A stretch of DNA of 64,000 nt, taken from an uncultured Gammaproteobacteria bacterium (GTDB taxonomy: Bacteria; Patescibacteriota; Microgenomatia; UBA10105; UBA927). Positions 56,902 through 64,000 of this stretch are shown one piece after another. The position numbers and the translations under genes are program-made. Within the stretch, counting starts at the first letter, position 1. Each line of letters starts with the position of its first letter. The notes under the pieces are model-generated. The model was not told where the DNA came from and did no database searches. It was given only the letters and a program-made list of their open reading frames with translations. The stretch lies in the NCBI GenBank assembly GCA_964629685.1, contig CAZVTT010000001.1, forward strand, positions 705,319-769,318, read 5' to 3'.

Positions 56902-57840
56902 ATGAATACGGATATGAAGGAATCAAAAAAAATTGCGGTTATACTGGTGAATTGGAATGGTAAACACGACACGTTAACCTGTCTGAAATCACTGGAGCTG
57001 TTGGATACCGGTGTGCACCACGTAAATATTATTGTGGTTGATAACGGTTCTACCGACGGATCGGTTGCTGCAATTTCGGAAAAGTATCCCGAGGTAAATA
57101 TTATCGAATCGTCTGATAATACCGGATTCACCGGAGGAAATAATTTGGGAATTGAACTGGCACTTACTCAGAGCGCAGATATCGTTTGGCTGCTGAATAA
57201 CGATACTATAGTAGATTCCCATGCCCTGTTACCGCTGGTGGATGAACTTACAAAAAAAGAAATCGGAATTGTAGGGTCAAAAATATTTTTTATGTCCGGG
57301 CGTGAGTTTCATAAAGAGCGATATAAAGAATCGGAAAAGGGTAAAGTTATTTGGTATGCAGGAGGAGTCATAGATTGGAAAAACGTGTATGCCAGTCATA
57401 AGGGCGTAGATGAAGTTGATGTGGGGCAATTTAAAGATACGGAATCAACTCCATTCGTGAGTGGTTGTTCCATGGCGATCCGTAGGGATGTGCTTGAGAC
57501 AGTGGGTGTGTTTGATACCAGGTACTATTTGTATTTTGAGGATATAGATCTTTGTCTAAGGGCAAAGCGGAAAAAATACCGACTACATTTCGTTCCGGAT
57601 TCTATCGTTTGGCATAAAAACGCCGGTTCATCGGATAAACCCGGTAATCCTTTGCATAATTATTACCTAACGCGGAATAGATTTTTGTTCGGTTTTACGT
57701 ATGCATCCTGGCGAACAAAACGGGCTCTCCTTATTGAAGCATGGCGTATATTTACAACCGGTACGGTAGAGCAACGTGCTGCCGTCCGCGACTTGTTTTT
57801 ACTGAGATTCGGAGGACGATTTACATGGCAGAGTCAGTAA
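56902..57840 (+). CDS. GT2-family glycosyltransferase (rhamnosyltransferase-like)
   Basis: KIAVILVNWNGKHDTLTCLKSL...IIVVDNGSTDGS...NTGFTGGNNLG...LNNDTIVD. Confidence 0.6.
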   Translation: MNTDMKESKKIAVILVNWNGKHDTLTCLKSLELLDTGVHHVNIIVVDNGSTDGSVAAISEKYPEVNIIESSDNTGFTGGNNLGIELALTQSADIVWLLNNDTIVDSHALLPLVDELTKKEIGIVGSKIFFMSGREFHKERYKESEKGKVIWYAGGVIDWKNVYASHKGVDEVDVGQFKDTESTPFVSGCSMAIRRDVLETVGVFDTRYYLYFEDIDLCLRAKRKKYRLHFVPDSIVWHKNAGSSDKPGNPLHNYYLTRNRFLFGFTYASWRTKRALLIEAWRIFTTGTVEQRAAVRDLFLLRFGGRFTWQSQ

Positions 57841-58580
57841 CGATTACTGCAATTATTATTGCCAAGAATGAAGCGGAACTTATTCCGCTTTGTTTGTCCG
57901 GCCTTTCCTGGGTAGACGAAATAATTGTAATTGATAATATTTCCAGTGATGAGACTGTATCACTTGCAAAAAAAGCTGGCGCGAAGGTGTTTACGGTTTC
58001 ATCGAATGATTTTTCCGTATTACGCACTGCGGGTTTACATCACGCTCGCGGCACCTGGGTTCTGTATATAGATGCAGATGAACGGGTAACCCCTGCATTA
58101 AAACAGGAAATATTGGGTATCATTGCAGCCGGAGAAAAAGCCCATATTACCGGATATTATGTACAACGAAATAATATTTATCTGGGGCACCCGTGGCCCA
58201 CGCGCGATAAAATGCAGCGTTTATTTTTGAAAAATGCGTTTAAGGGGTGGCATGGGAAATTACACGAAAGCGCGGAAATTGAAGGGAGCTATGGTACGTT
58301 AACAGAACCTTTACTGCACTATACGCACCGAAGCCTGGAGCAGATGGCGGCCAAAACAAATGAATGGTCGGAGGTAGAAGCCGATCTGCGACTGCAGGCA
58401 CATCATCCTCCCGTGGTATGGTGGCGCTTAATACGGGTATTTGTGACCGGTTTTTTTGCAACGTTTGTTGCTCAAAAAGGATGGAAAGCCGGTACGGTAG
58501 GTTGGATCGAAAGTATATATCAGGGATTCAGTTACGTCGTTACCTATGCCAAGCTTTGGGAAAAACAACAGACTGCATAA
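57825..58580 (+). CDS. GT2-family glycosyltransferase
   Basis: ITAIIIAKNEAELIPLCLSGLSWVDEIIVIDNISSDET...YIDADERV. The start at 57825 has a GGAGGA RBS 8 nt upstream. Confidence 0.55.
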   Translation: MAESVTITAIIIAKNEAELIPLCLSGLSWVDEIIVIDNISSDETVSLAKKAGAKVFTVSSNDFSVLRTAGLHHARGTWVLYIDADERVTPALKQEILGIIAAGEKAHITGYYVQRNNIYLGHPWPTRDKMQRLFLKNAFKGWHGKLHESAEIEGSYGTLTEPLLHYTHRSLEQMAAKTNEWSEVEADLRLQAHHPPVVWWRLIRVFVTGFFATFVAQKGWKAGTVGWIESIYQGFSYVVTYAKLWEKQQTA

Positions 58581-60894
58581 CTATTTAAAACCGGGAAAAC
58601 TACTGCCGTTTGCCGTGGTTATTTGCCTTTGGTTGTTTTTTTCTGCGCCGTTTTGGTTAAAAGACTTAATGCCTTTCCCGACCAAGTACCTGGTTTCATT
58701 TTTTCCGCCCTGGAGCGCTTCCTATGCTATGCCGGTTAAGAATGCGGCTATGCCGGATGTGATTACGCAAATATATCCTTGGAAATATTTAACCATACAA
58801 ACCTGGAGTCTGGCACAAATACCGTTGTGGAACCCGTATAGTTTTGCTGGAACATTTCAGGCGGCAAATTATCAATCGGCCGTATTTTCGCCGTTTAATA
58901 TATTTTATGCGATGTTTCCGCCGTCCGTCGCTTGGAGCGTGGTAGTGCTGCTGCAACCGTTACTGGCAGGTTGGGGTATGTATTTGCTGCTCAGAGCACT
59001 CGGACGATCCAGGTTGGCCCGTATTGTCGGCAGTGTCGCATTTATGTTTTGTGGTTTTATGACTACCTGGATGGCGTATGGAACGCTGGGGCATGCTGCG
59101 TTATGGTTACCCTGGATATTTGCCGTTGTGTTGCAGTACGAACGTAAACCCGGATTCTTGTGGGGGGCATGTCTGGCGTTCGGATTGGCATTATCTTTTT
59201 TATCCGGACATTTTCAGATAAGCCTGTATGTAGCTGCCGCCACGCTTCTATTTATTCTCTTCAGAATGCGTTGGGGTCTATTAGGACGCAAAGGGATAAA
59301 CGCTTTGGGGTTTGTTTTAACAGGAGTATTGATTTCGCTGCCTCAATTATGGCTTACGCTGGATGCCTACACGCAATCTGTCCGCAGCAGCAGTTTTGTG
59401 AAGGGTGAAATTATTCCCTGGTCATACCTGGTAACCATGATTGCTCCAGATTTTTATGGAAATCCGGTAACCAGGAATGATTGGTTCGGTCATTACGCGG
59501 AGTGGGCGACGTATGTTGGGGTTGTTCCATGGATATTGGCAATGGTTGCCATTTTTTTCCGTAGGACGAAAGAAACGGTTGTATTTATGTTGATTGCGCT
59601 GGGAGGTTTGTTATTGGCACTTCCTACCCCTTTTTCCGACGTGCTGTTTATGTTAAGGATTCCTGTTTTGTCCACTAGTGCCGCATCACGCATAGTCATA
59701 CTGGTGAGTTTCTCCTTGTCGGTTCTGGCGGCGTTCGGCTTTGACGTCATAAAAGAAACTATTCCTACAGTCCAGCGGAAACGCTATTGGTGGTTTATCG
59801 GGGGGATAGGCGGTTTGTGGATCATTATTTGGACAATATTGCTGGTGTTTCATCCGTTGGAAGCGGAAAAAATGGCAGTGGCAAAGCGGAATCTGATATT
59901 GCCGTCAATAACTATGATAACGGGTTTGGTTTGTCTTTTTTTCGTTACGTATACCCGGAAAGCATGGCGGAATATCGGACTGCTCCTGTTAGTTATCATT
60001 TCCGTTTTGGAAATGTACAGATACGTAACCAAATGGTTACCGTTTGAACCGGAAGAATATTTCTATCCCGAAACGGCAGTGCTTGGATATTTAACGAAGC
60101 GGGTAGGAAATGAACGTGTGTTCGGAAATATCGGTGGAGAAGTCGGTGTGCGCTTTAATATTCCTCTGATTGAAGGATATGATGCCATGTACCAGGGGAG
60201 ATATGGAGAATTTATCCGATCTGCAGGTTCCGGCAAATACGAACAGTCCGGCAGATCCGTAGTTAATTTAGAAAAGCATGGGTTATATGCGGAGCAGGTA
60301 CTACAAATGCTCGGCGTACGGTACGTGGTTCACCGTAAGAGTGATGGCAGAAGTCCCTGGGCTTATCCTGTTTGGCTGTTTGATCATTATAGACAGGTGT
60401 ACACGGATGACTATTATGAAGTATATGAAAATACTAAAGCGCTTCCCCGGGTTTATCTGGCCTCGGACATATTTGTCAGAAGCGCGAAAGAAGATATTCT
60501 TACTACCGTATTTTCACCGGAGTTTAATTACGCGACTACTGTAGTATTGGAATCGAGTCCAACACAAACGCCGGCCACGGGAAACGGCAGGGCACAAATA
60601 GTGTCGTATTCGCCAAACACGGTTAGCATCACGTCAGAATCTGAAGTCCCGAAAGTATTAGTATTATCGGATGTATACGAAAAGGGATGGAAAGCGACGG
60701 TAAACGGCGTTCCCGTTCCCGTATATAGAGCAAATTATGCGTTTCGGGCAGTGTCTGTTCCCGCCGGTAAAGTGACGGTAGAATTTATGTACCAACCGAA
60801 TGGTGTCCGTTATGGTTTACCGATAGCCGGATTGGTGATGATTCTGCTTTTTGGTGGGTTGATAAAACAATGGTATGAAAATAGGCATCTATAA
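58546..60894 (+). CDS. YfhO-family polytopic membrane glycosyltransferase (GT-C fold)
   Basis: 782 aa. The N-terminal membrane domain and C-terminal extracytoplasmic domain show the YfhO-like layout. It is a clear paralog of the 61922 ORF. Confidence 0.55.
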   Translation: MPSFGKNNRLHNYLKPGKLLPFAVVICLWLFFSAPFWLKDLMPFPTKYLVSFFPPWSASYAMPVKNAAMPDVITQIYPWKYLTIQTWSLAQIPLWNPYSFAGTFQAANYQSAVFSPFNIFYAMFPPSVAWSVVVLLQPLLAGWGMYLLLRALGRSRLARIVGSVAFMFCGFMTTWMAYGTLGHAALWLPWIFAVVLQYERKPGFLWGACLAFGLALSFLSGHFQISLYVAAATLLFILFRMRWGLLGRKGINALGFVLTGVLISLPQLWLTLDAYTQSVRSSSFVKGEIIPWSYLVTMIAPDFYGNPVTRNDWFGHYAEWATYVGVVPWILAMVAIFFRRTKETVVFMLIALGGLLLALPTPFSDVLFMLRIPVLSTSAASRIVILVSFSLSVLAAFGFDVIKETIPTVQRKRYWWFIGGIGGLWIIIWTILLVFHPLEAEKMAVAKRNLILPSITMITGLVCLFFVTYTRKAWRNIGLLLLVIISVLEMYRYVTKWLPFEPEEYFYPETAVLGYLTKRVGNERVFGNIGGEVGVRFNIPLIEGYDAMYQGRYGEFIRSAGSGKYEQSGRSVVNLEKHGLYAEQVLQMLGVRYVVHRKSDGRSPWAYPVWLFDHYRQVYTDDYYEVYENTKALPRVYLASDIFVRSAKEDILTTVFSPEFNYATTVVLESSPTQTPATGNGRAQIVSYSPNTVSITSESEVPKVLVLSDVYEKGWKATVNGVPVPVYRANYAFRAVSVPAGKVTVEFMYQPNGVRYGLPIAGLVMILLFGGLIKQWYENRHL

Positions 60895-61921
60895 TCCGTA
60901 TCTTAATACGCTTGGCGGTGGAGAATACTATCTGCTTTCCGTTGCGGCTGCTTTGGCAGAACGACACGATGTAAGTGTTTTTTGGAATGATTCCACAATA
61001 CTTTCCAAAATAGGAGTGCGGTTTGGTTTAGCTACGGAAAAAATCCGGATTGTCCCAAATTTCTGGACGGATTCACTGGTACGGAAACTTTCTGCCAGTG
61101 CAGACTATGACGCCATATTGTGGGTTACTGACGGAAGCATACCCGTTACGTTAGCACAAAAATTGATAGTAGTAGCACAGTATCCTTTTCCGGGTCCTGT
61201 CTCGCTCGGCCAAAGAATAAAGCTTCACAGAACGACAGCGGTAGTATGTTATTCGGAATTCGTAAAACAACACATTGATGTTCGCTGGGGCGTACAGGCA
61301 AAGGTTATTACCCCCGGTATAAATATTCATGAGTATGCTACCGAAGCCAAACAACCGGTAATACTGTCTGTGGGCAGATTTACCCGGGGAAAAAATGCAA
61401 AAAAGCACGAAGAAATGATTACGGCGTTTAAGCATGTTAGGCATAGGGGTATTCCCTTGTCACTCGTATTGGCCGGCGCGGTATTACCTGATGATGAAGC
61501 GTACGTGCGGGAAATTTCCACTTTGACCTCCGGGTATCCTATCAGCCTGAAAACAAATATTCCGGTTACTGAGCTCCGTAAGTTATATGCTTCCTCCTTG
61601 TTCTATTGGCATGCAGCAGGATATGGTGAAAATCTGGATACCCATCCCGAAAGGGCCGAACATTTCGGTATAACTACGGTAGAAGCCATGGCTTCCGGTT
61701 GTATCCCCTGCGTGTTTTCCGGCGGAGGGCAGAAGGAAATTGTCCGGAATGGTATAGATGGGTTTACCTGGACAACTATTCCTGAATTAGTAACTATAAC
61801 GGCATCGGCTTATCGGAACCGTACGGATTGGGAGCCTATGGCAAAAGCCGCCAGATTACGGTCCGAAGATTACAGAATAGAGAAAACGGTGCGGCAATTT
61901 ACAGCACTCATAGAAGGGTAA
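60875..61921 (+). CDS. GT4-family glycosyltransferase
   Basis: MKIGIYNPYLNTLGGGEYYLLSVAAAL...ILSVGRFTRGKNAKKHEEMI...FGITTVEAMASGCIPCVFSGGG. Confidence 0.55.
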   Translation: MKIGIYNPYLNTLGGGEYYLLSVAAALAERHDVSVFWNDSTILSKIGVRFGLATEKIRIVPNFWTDSLVRKLSASADYDAILWVTDGSIPVTLAQKLIVVAQYPFPGPVSLGQRIKLHRTTAVVCYSEFVKQHIDVRWGVQAKVITPGINIHEYATEAKQPVILSVGRFTRGKNAKKHEEMITAFKHVRHRGIPLSLVLAGAVLPDDEAYVREISTLTSGYPISLKTNIPVTELRKLYASSLFYWHAAGYGENLDTHPERAEHFGITTVEAMASGCIPCVFSGGGQKEIVRNGIDGFTWTTIPELVTITASAYRNRTDWEPMAKAARLRSEDYRIEKTVRQFTALIEG

Positions 61922-64000
61922 ATGATAACAAAACGCGTAAAATATTATATTGCTTTATTGGTATTGGTAATTGCTGCCTTAGGCTTTTTTAAAGATACCT
62001 GGGTGCAGGGAAAATTGCCGATTCCGACGGATGCTATGGTTGGTCTGTATCATCCGTATCGGGATACTTTTGCGGAGCAGTTCCCCCGTGGTGTTCCGTT
62101 TAAAAATTTTTTGACAACCGATCCGATCCGACAGCAAATACCTTGGCGTAAGTTAGCCGTGGACCAATGGAAACAAGGCAATATACCCTGGTGGAATCCA
62201 AGCTCCTTTTCCGGTATGCCCATGGCAGCAAACATTCAGGCAGCGGTATTTTATCCGTTAAATATTGTTTTTTTTGCGCTTCCGTTTCCGACTGCTTGGA
62301 CCATCCTTATTATCCTTCAGCCATTAATGGCTGCGTTATTCATGTTTGTCTATCTGCGGGGTCGATCATTTAGGTTGGCTTCTGCTACATTCGGAAGTGT
62401 AATCTGGGCGTTTTGCGGATTTCATATTTCGTGGCTTACATGGGGTACTATTAATCACGTTACTTTATGGATCCCGTTAGCACTATTCTGCGCCGACATA
62501 CTGCGAAAAGCGGCAGATGCGCCCACGCCAAAGGGATCCTTTCTTAAGCAAATGGTATCTCACGTAAATGTCCTGGCAGGACCGGCTCTGGCTCTGGGGG
62601 GAATCATGACTTTGCAGGTGTTTGCCGGCCATATCCAGATGGCGTTGTATAGTATTGTCCTTATTATTTGCTACATTATTTTTTTTCCTGCAGACAGAAG
62701 CAAACATAAAATTAATAGAGTACGATTAAGTATCGGCTTGGGCACCGTTGTTGTTTCTACCGCTCTGATATCCGCTATTCAGTTAATCCCATTGGGATTG
62801 TTACTGGCTCAATCCAGCAGAGTTGATCAGTTCTTGAATTGGCAAAAGGAAGGGTGGTTTTTACCGTGGCAACATCTGGTGCAGTTTATAGCTCCGGATT
62901 TCTTCGGGAATCCTGCGACATTAAACTATTGGGGAATATGGAATTATGGTGAATTTATCGGATATATAGGACTGATTCCGTTCACATTTGCACTTTCTGC
63001 GTTACTTCAAGCAAGGAGAAATCAGTTTGTCCGTTTTTGGGGAAGCATACTTGGGTTAACTTTGTTATTCATGCTCCCATGGTTCGGTTCTGAGATGCTC
63101 TATATTTTGCATTTGCCGGTTCTGTCCGTACTGCAACCTACCCGGTTGATGGTTATCGTTTCTCTTTCACTTGTGGTACTCGCGGTATACGGATTTGATG
63201 AATGGATGAAATTGCGGCTTATACCCAAAAAGACGGTTGCCATACTGAGTTTAGTTTTCCTATTGTTGTGGGGGTTTATTTATTTTTCAGGGCGTCACGC
63301 ATCCGGAGACCTTTTGACAAATATATTGGTTACCAAAAGAAACATGGTAATTCCTTCCGGATTATTTTTAATTGAGATAGTGGTGCTTATTGCAGCGCAG
63401 TTCAGTATACGACTGCATGATAGGAAATTTTTTTCCGGTTTGGTGCTGGTGGTATTTATGTTGGCATTAGCGGATTTATACCGGATGGGTTGGAAATTCG
63501 TACCATTTACGGATCCCCGGTATTTTTATCCGGAATCTAAAGCGATTACCTTTCTGCAGCTACAGCCTAAACCATTCAGGATAATGACTACAGATGACAG
63601 AATCCTGGCACCGAATATATCCGGATATTACCATCTGGAAAGTATAGAAGGATATGATCCCCTGTATCTAAGCAGATACGAACGGTTAATAGCCGCTTCG
63701 GAGAAGGGTTCTGCCGACGTAAATCCACCATATGGTTACAATCGGATTATTACTCCCCGCAATGTTACCTCACCTGTTATCCCGTTACTAAATGTGAAAT
63801 ATGTATTGTCTCTGACGGAAATTAATACTCCCAACTTGAGTGAAGTATTTCGCGAAGGGACTACCAGAATCTATGAATTAACATCCACATTACCCCGCGC
63901 ATATTTTGCTGCCACGGTAAAGCGCGTGGGTCCGGGGGAAGATGTTTTAGCAAAATTGTTTTTGCCAGAATTTACAGGAACAACAGCCTGGGTAGAAGAA
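61922..64000 (+). CDS. YfhO-family polytopic membrane glycosyltransferase, N-terminal about 690 aa. The 3' end lies outside the window.
   Basis: Frame 2 is open from the ATG at 61922 to the window end; it is absent from the ORF track only because no stop occurs in-window. Motifs match the 58546 product: IPTDAMVGLYHPYRD vs FPTKYLVSFFPPWSAS; IPWWNPSSFSGMPMAANIQAAVFYP vs IPLWNPYSFAGTFQAANYQSAVFSP; IAPDFFGNPAT vs IAPDFYGNPVT. Confidence 0.55.
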   Translation, partial: MITKRVKYYIALLVLVIAALGFFKDTWVQGKLPIPTDAMVGLYHPYRDTFAEQFPRGVPFKNFLTTDPIRQQIPWRKLAVDQWKQGNIPWWNPSSFSGMPMAANIQAAVFYPLNIVFFALPFPTAWTILIILQPLMAALFMFVYLRGRSFRLASATFGSVIWAFCGFHISWLTWGTINHVTLWIPLALFCADILRKAADAPTPKGSFLKQMVSHVNVLAGPALALGGIMTLQVFAGHIQMALYSIVLIICYIIFFPADRSKHKINRVRLSIGLGTVVVSTALISAIQLIPLGLLLAQSSRVDQFLNWQKEGWFLPWQHLVQFIAPDFFGNPATLNYWGIWNYGEFIGYIGLIPFTFALSALLQARRNQFVRFWGSILGLTLLFMLPWFGSEMLYILHLPVLSVLQPTRLMVIVSLSLVVLAVYGFDEWMKLRLIPKKTVAILSLVFLLLWGFIYFSGRHASGDLLTNILVTKRNMVIPSGLFLIEIVVLIAAQFSIRLHDRKFFSGLVLVVFMLALADLYRMGWKFVPFTDPRYFYPESKAITFLQLQPKPFRIMTTDDRILAPNISGYYHLESIEGYDPLYLSRYERLIAASEKGSADVNPPYGYNRIITPRNVTSPVIPLLNVKYVLSLTEINTPNLSEVFREGTTRIYELTSTLPRAYFAATVKRVGPGEDVLAKLFLPEFTGTTAWVEE

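Noticed and set aside
1-64000. CRISPR arrays, rRNA/tRNA genes, transposases, toxin-antitoxin pairs and other defence-system hallmarks
   Set aside because: None was detected. Every sizable ORF is accounted for by glycan-biosynthesis or secreted-protein functions.

Overview
The window is almost entirely a glycan-assembly region, and it has two compositionally distinct halves.

Block A (about 1-13,100) is strongly AT-rich. Its proteins are Asn/Lys/Ile-rich and I see essentially no Shine-Dalgarno motifs in it. It holds one convergent partial GT4 gene followed by an 11-gene minus-strand run, largely ATGA start/stop-overlapped over 209-11401, with the GH-A hydrolase gene at 11540-13081 set apart by a promoter-bearing gap. 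The run encodes GT4, a tandem GT4-GT4, a GT14-like enzyme, two GT2, an ArnT/PMT-like GT-C, a large DUF2206-like membrane protein and a GH-A-type hydrolase.

At 13,082-13,509 there is a divergent, repeat-rich regulatory gap. On the plus strand it carries a textbook sigma70 promoter (TTGACA-17-TGaTACAAT). That promoter reads into a small excisionase-type HTH gene.

Block B (13,510-64,000) is noticeably GC-richer, with Ala/Arg/Val-rich proteins and several strong GGAGG sites. With one exception, every gene in it is on the plus strand. Its contents are:
- a DPM1-like GT2 fused to a PgaC/cellulose-synthase-like GT2 (QRSRW motif);
- a Wzx flippase fused to a GT4;
- a protein-kinase-fold (APH-like) enzyme, a SAM methyltransferase, a NodB deacetylase and a polysaccharide pyruvyl transferase;
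- many GT2 and GT4 enzymes;
- a complete rmlACBD set, plus ugd and a gmd/rmd-like gene;
- at least 12 polytopic GT-C-type membrane glycosyltransferases (ArnT/PMT-like, YfhO-like and unclassified), several as tandem paralog pairs, each preceded by a polyprenol-phosphate-sugar-synthase-type GT2;
- secreted proteins with Pro/Thr-rich or poly-Asn linkers, one ending in an LAATG sorting signal with a sortase gene overlapping its stop;
- a CAP/SCP-domain protein and two GH-A-like hydrolases.

No rRNA, tRNA, CRISPR array, integrase or transposase was found. All family assignments rest on motifs read by eye from the translations; no database search was possible.
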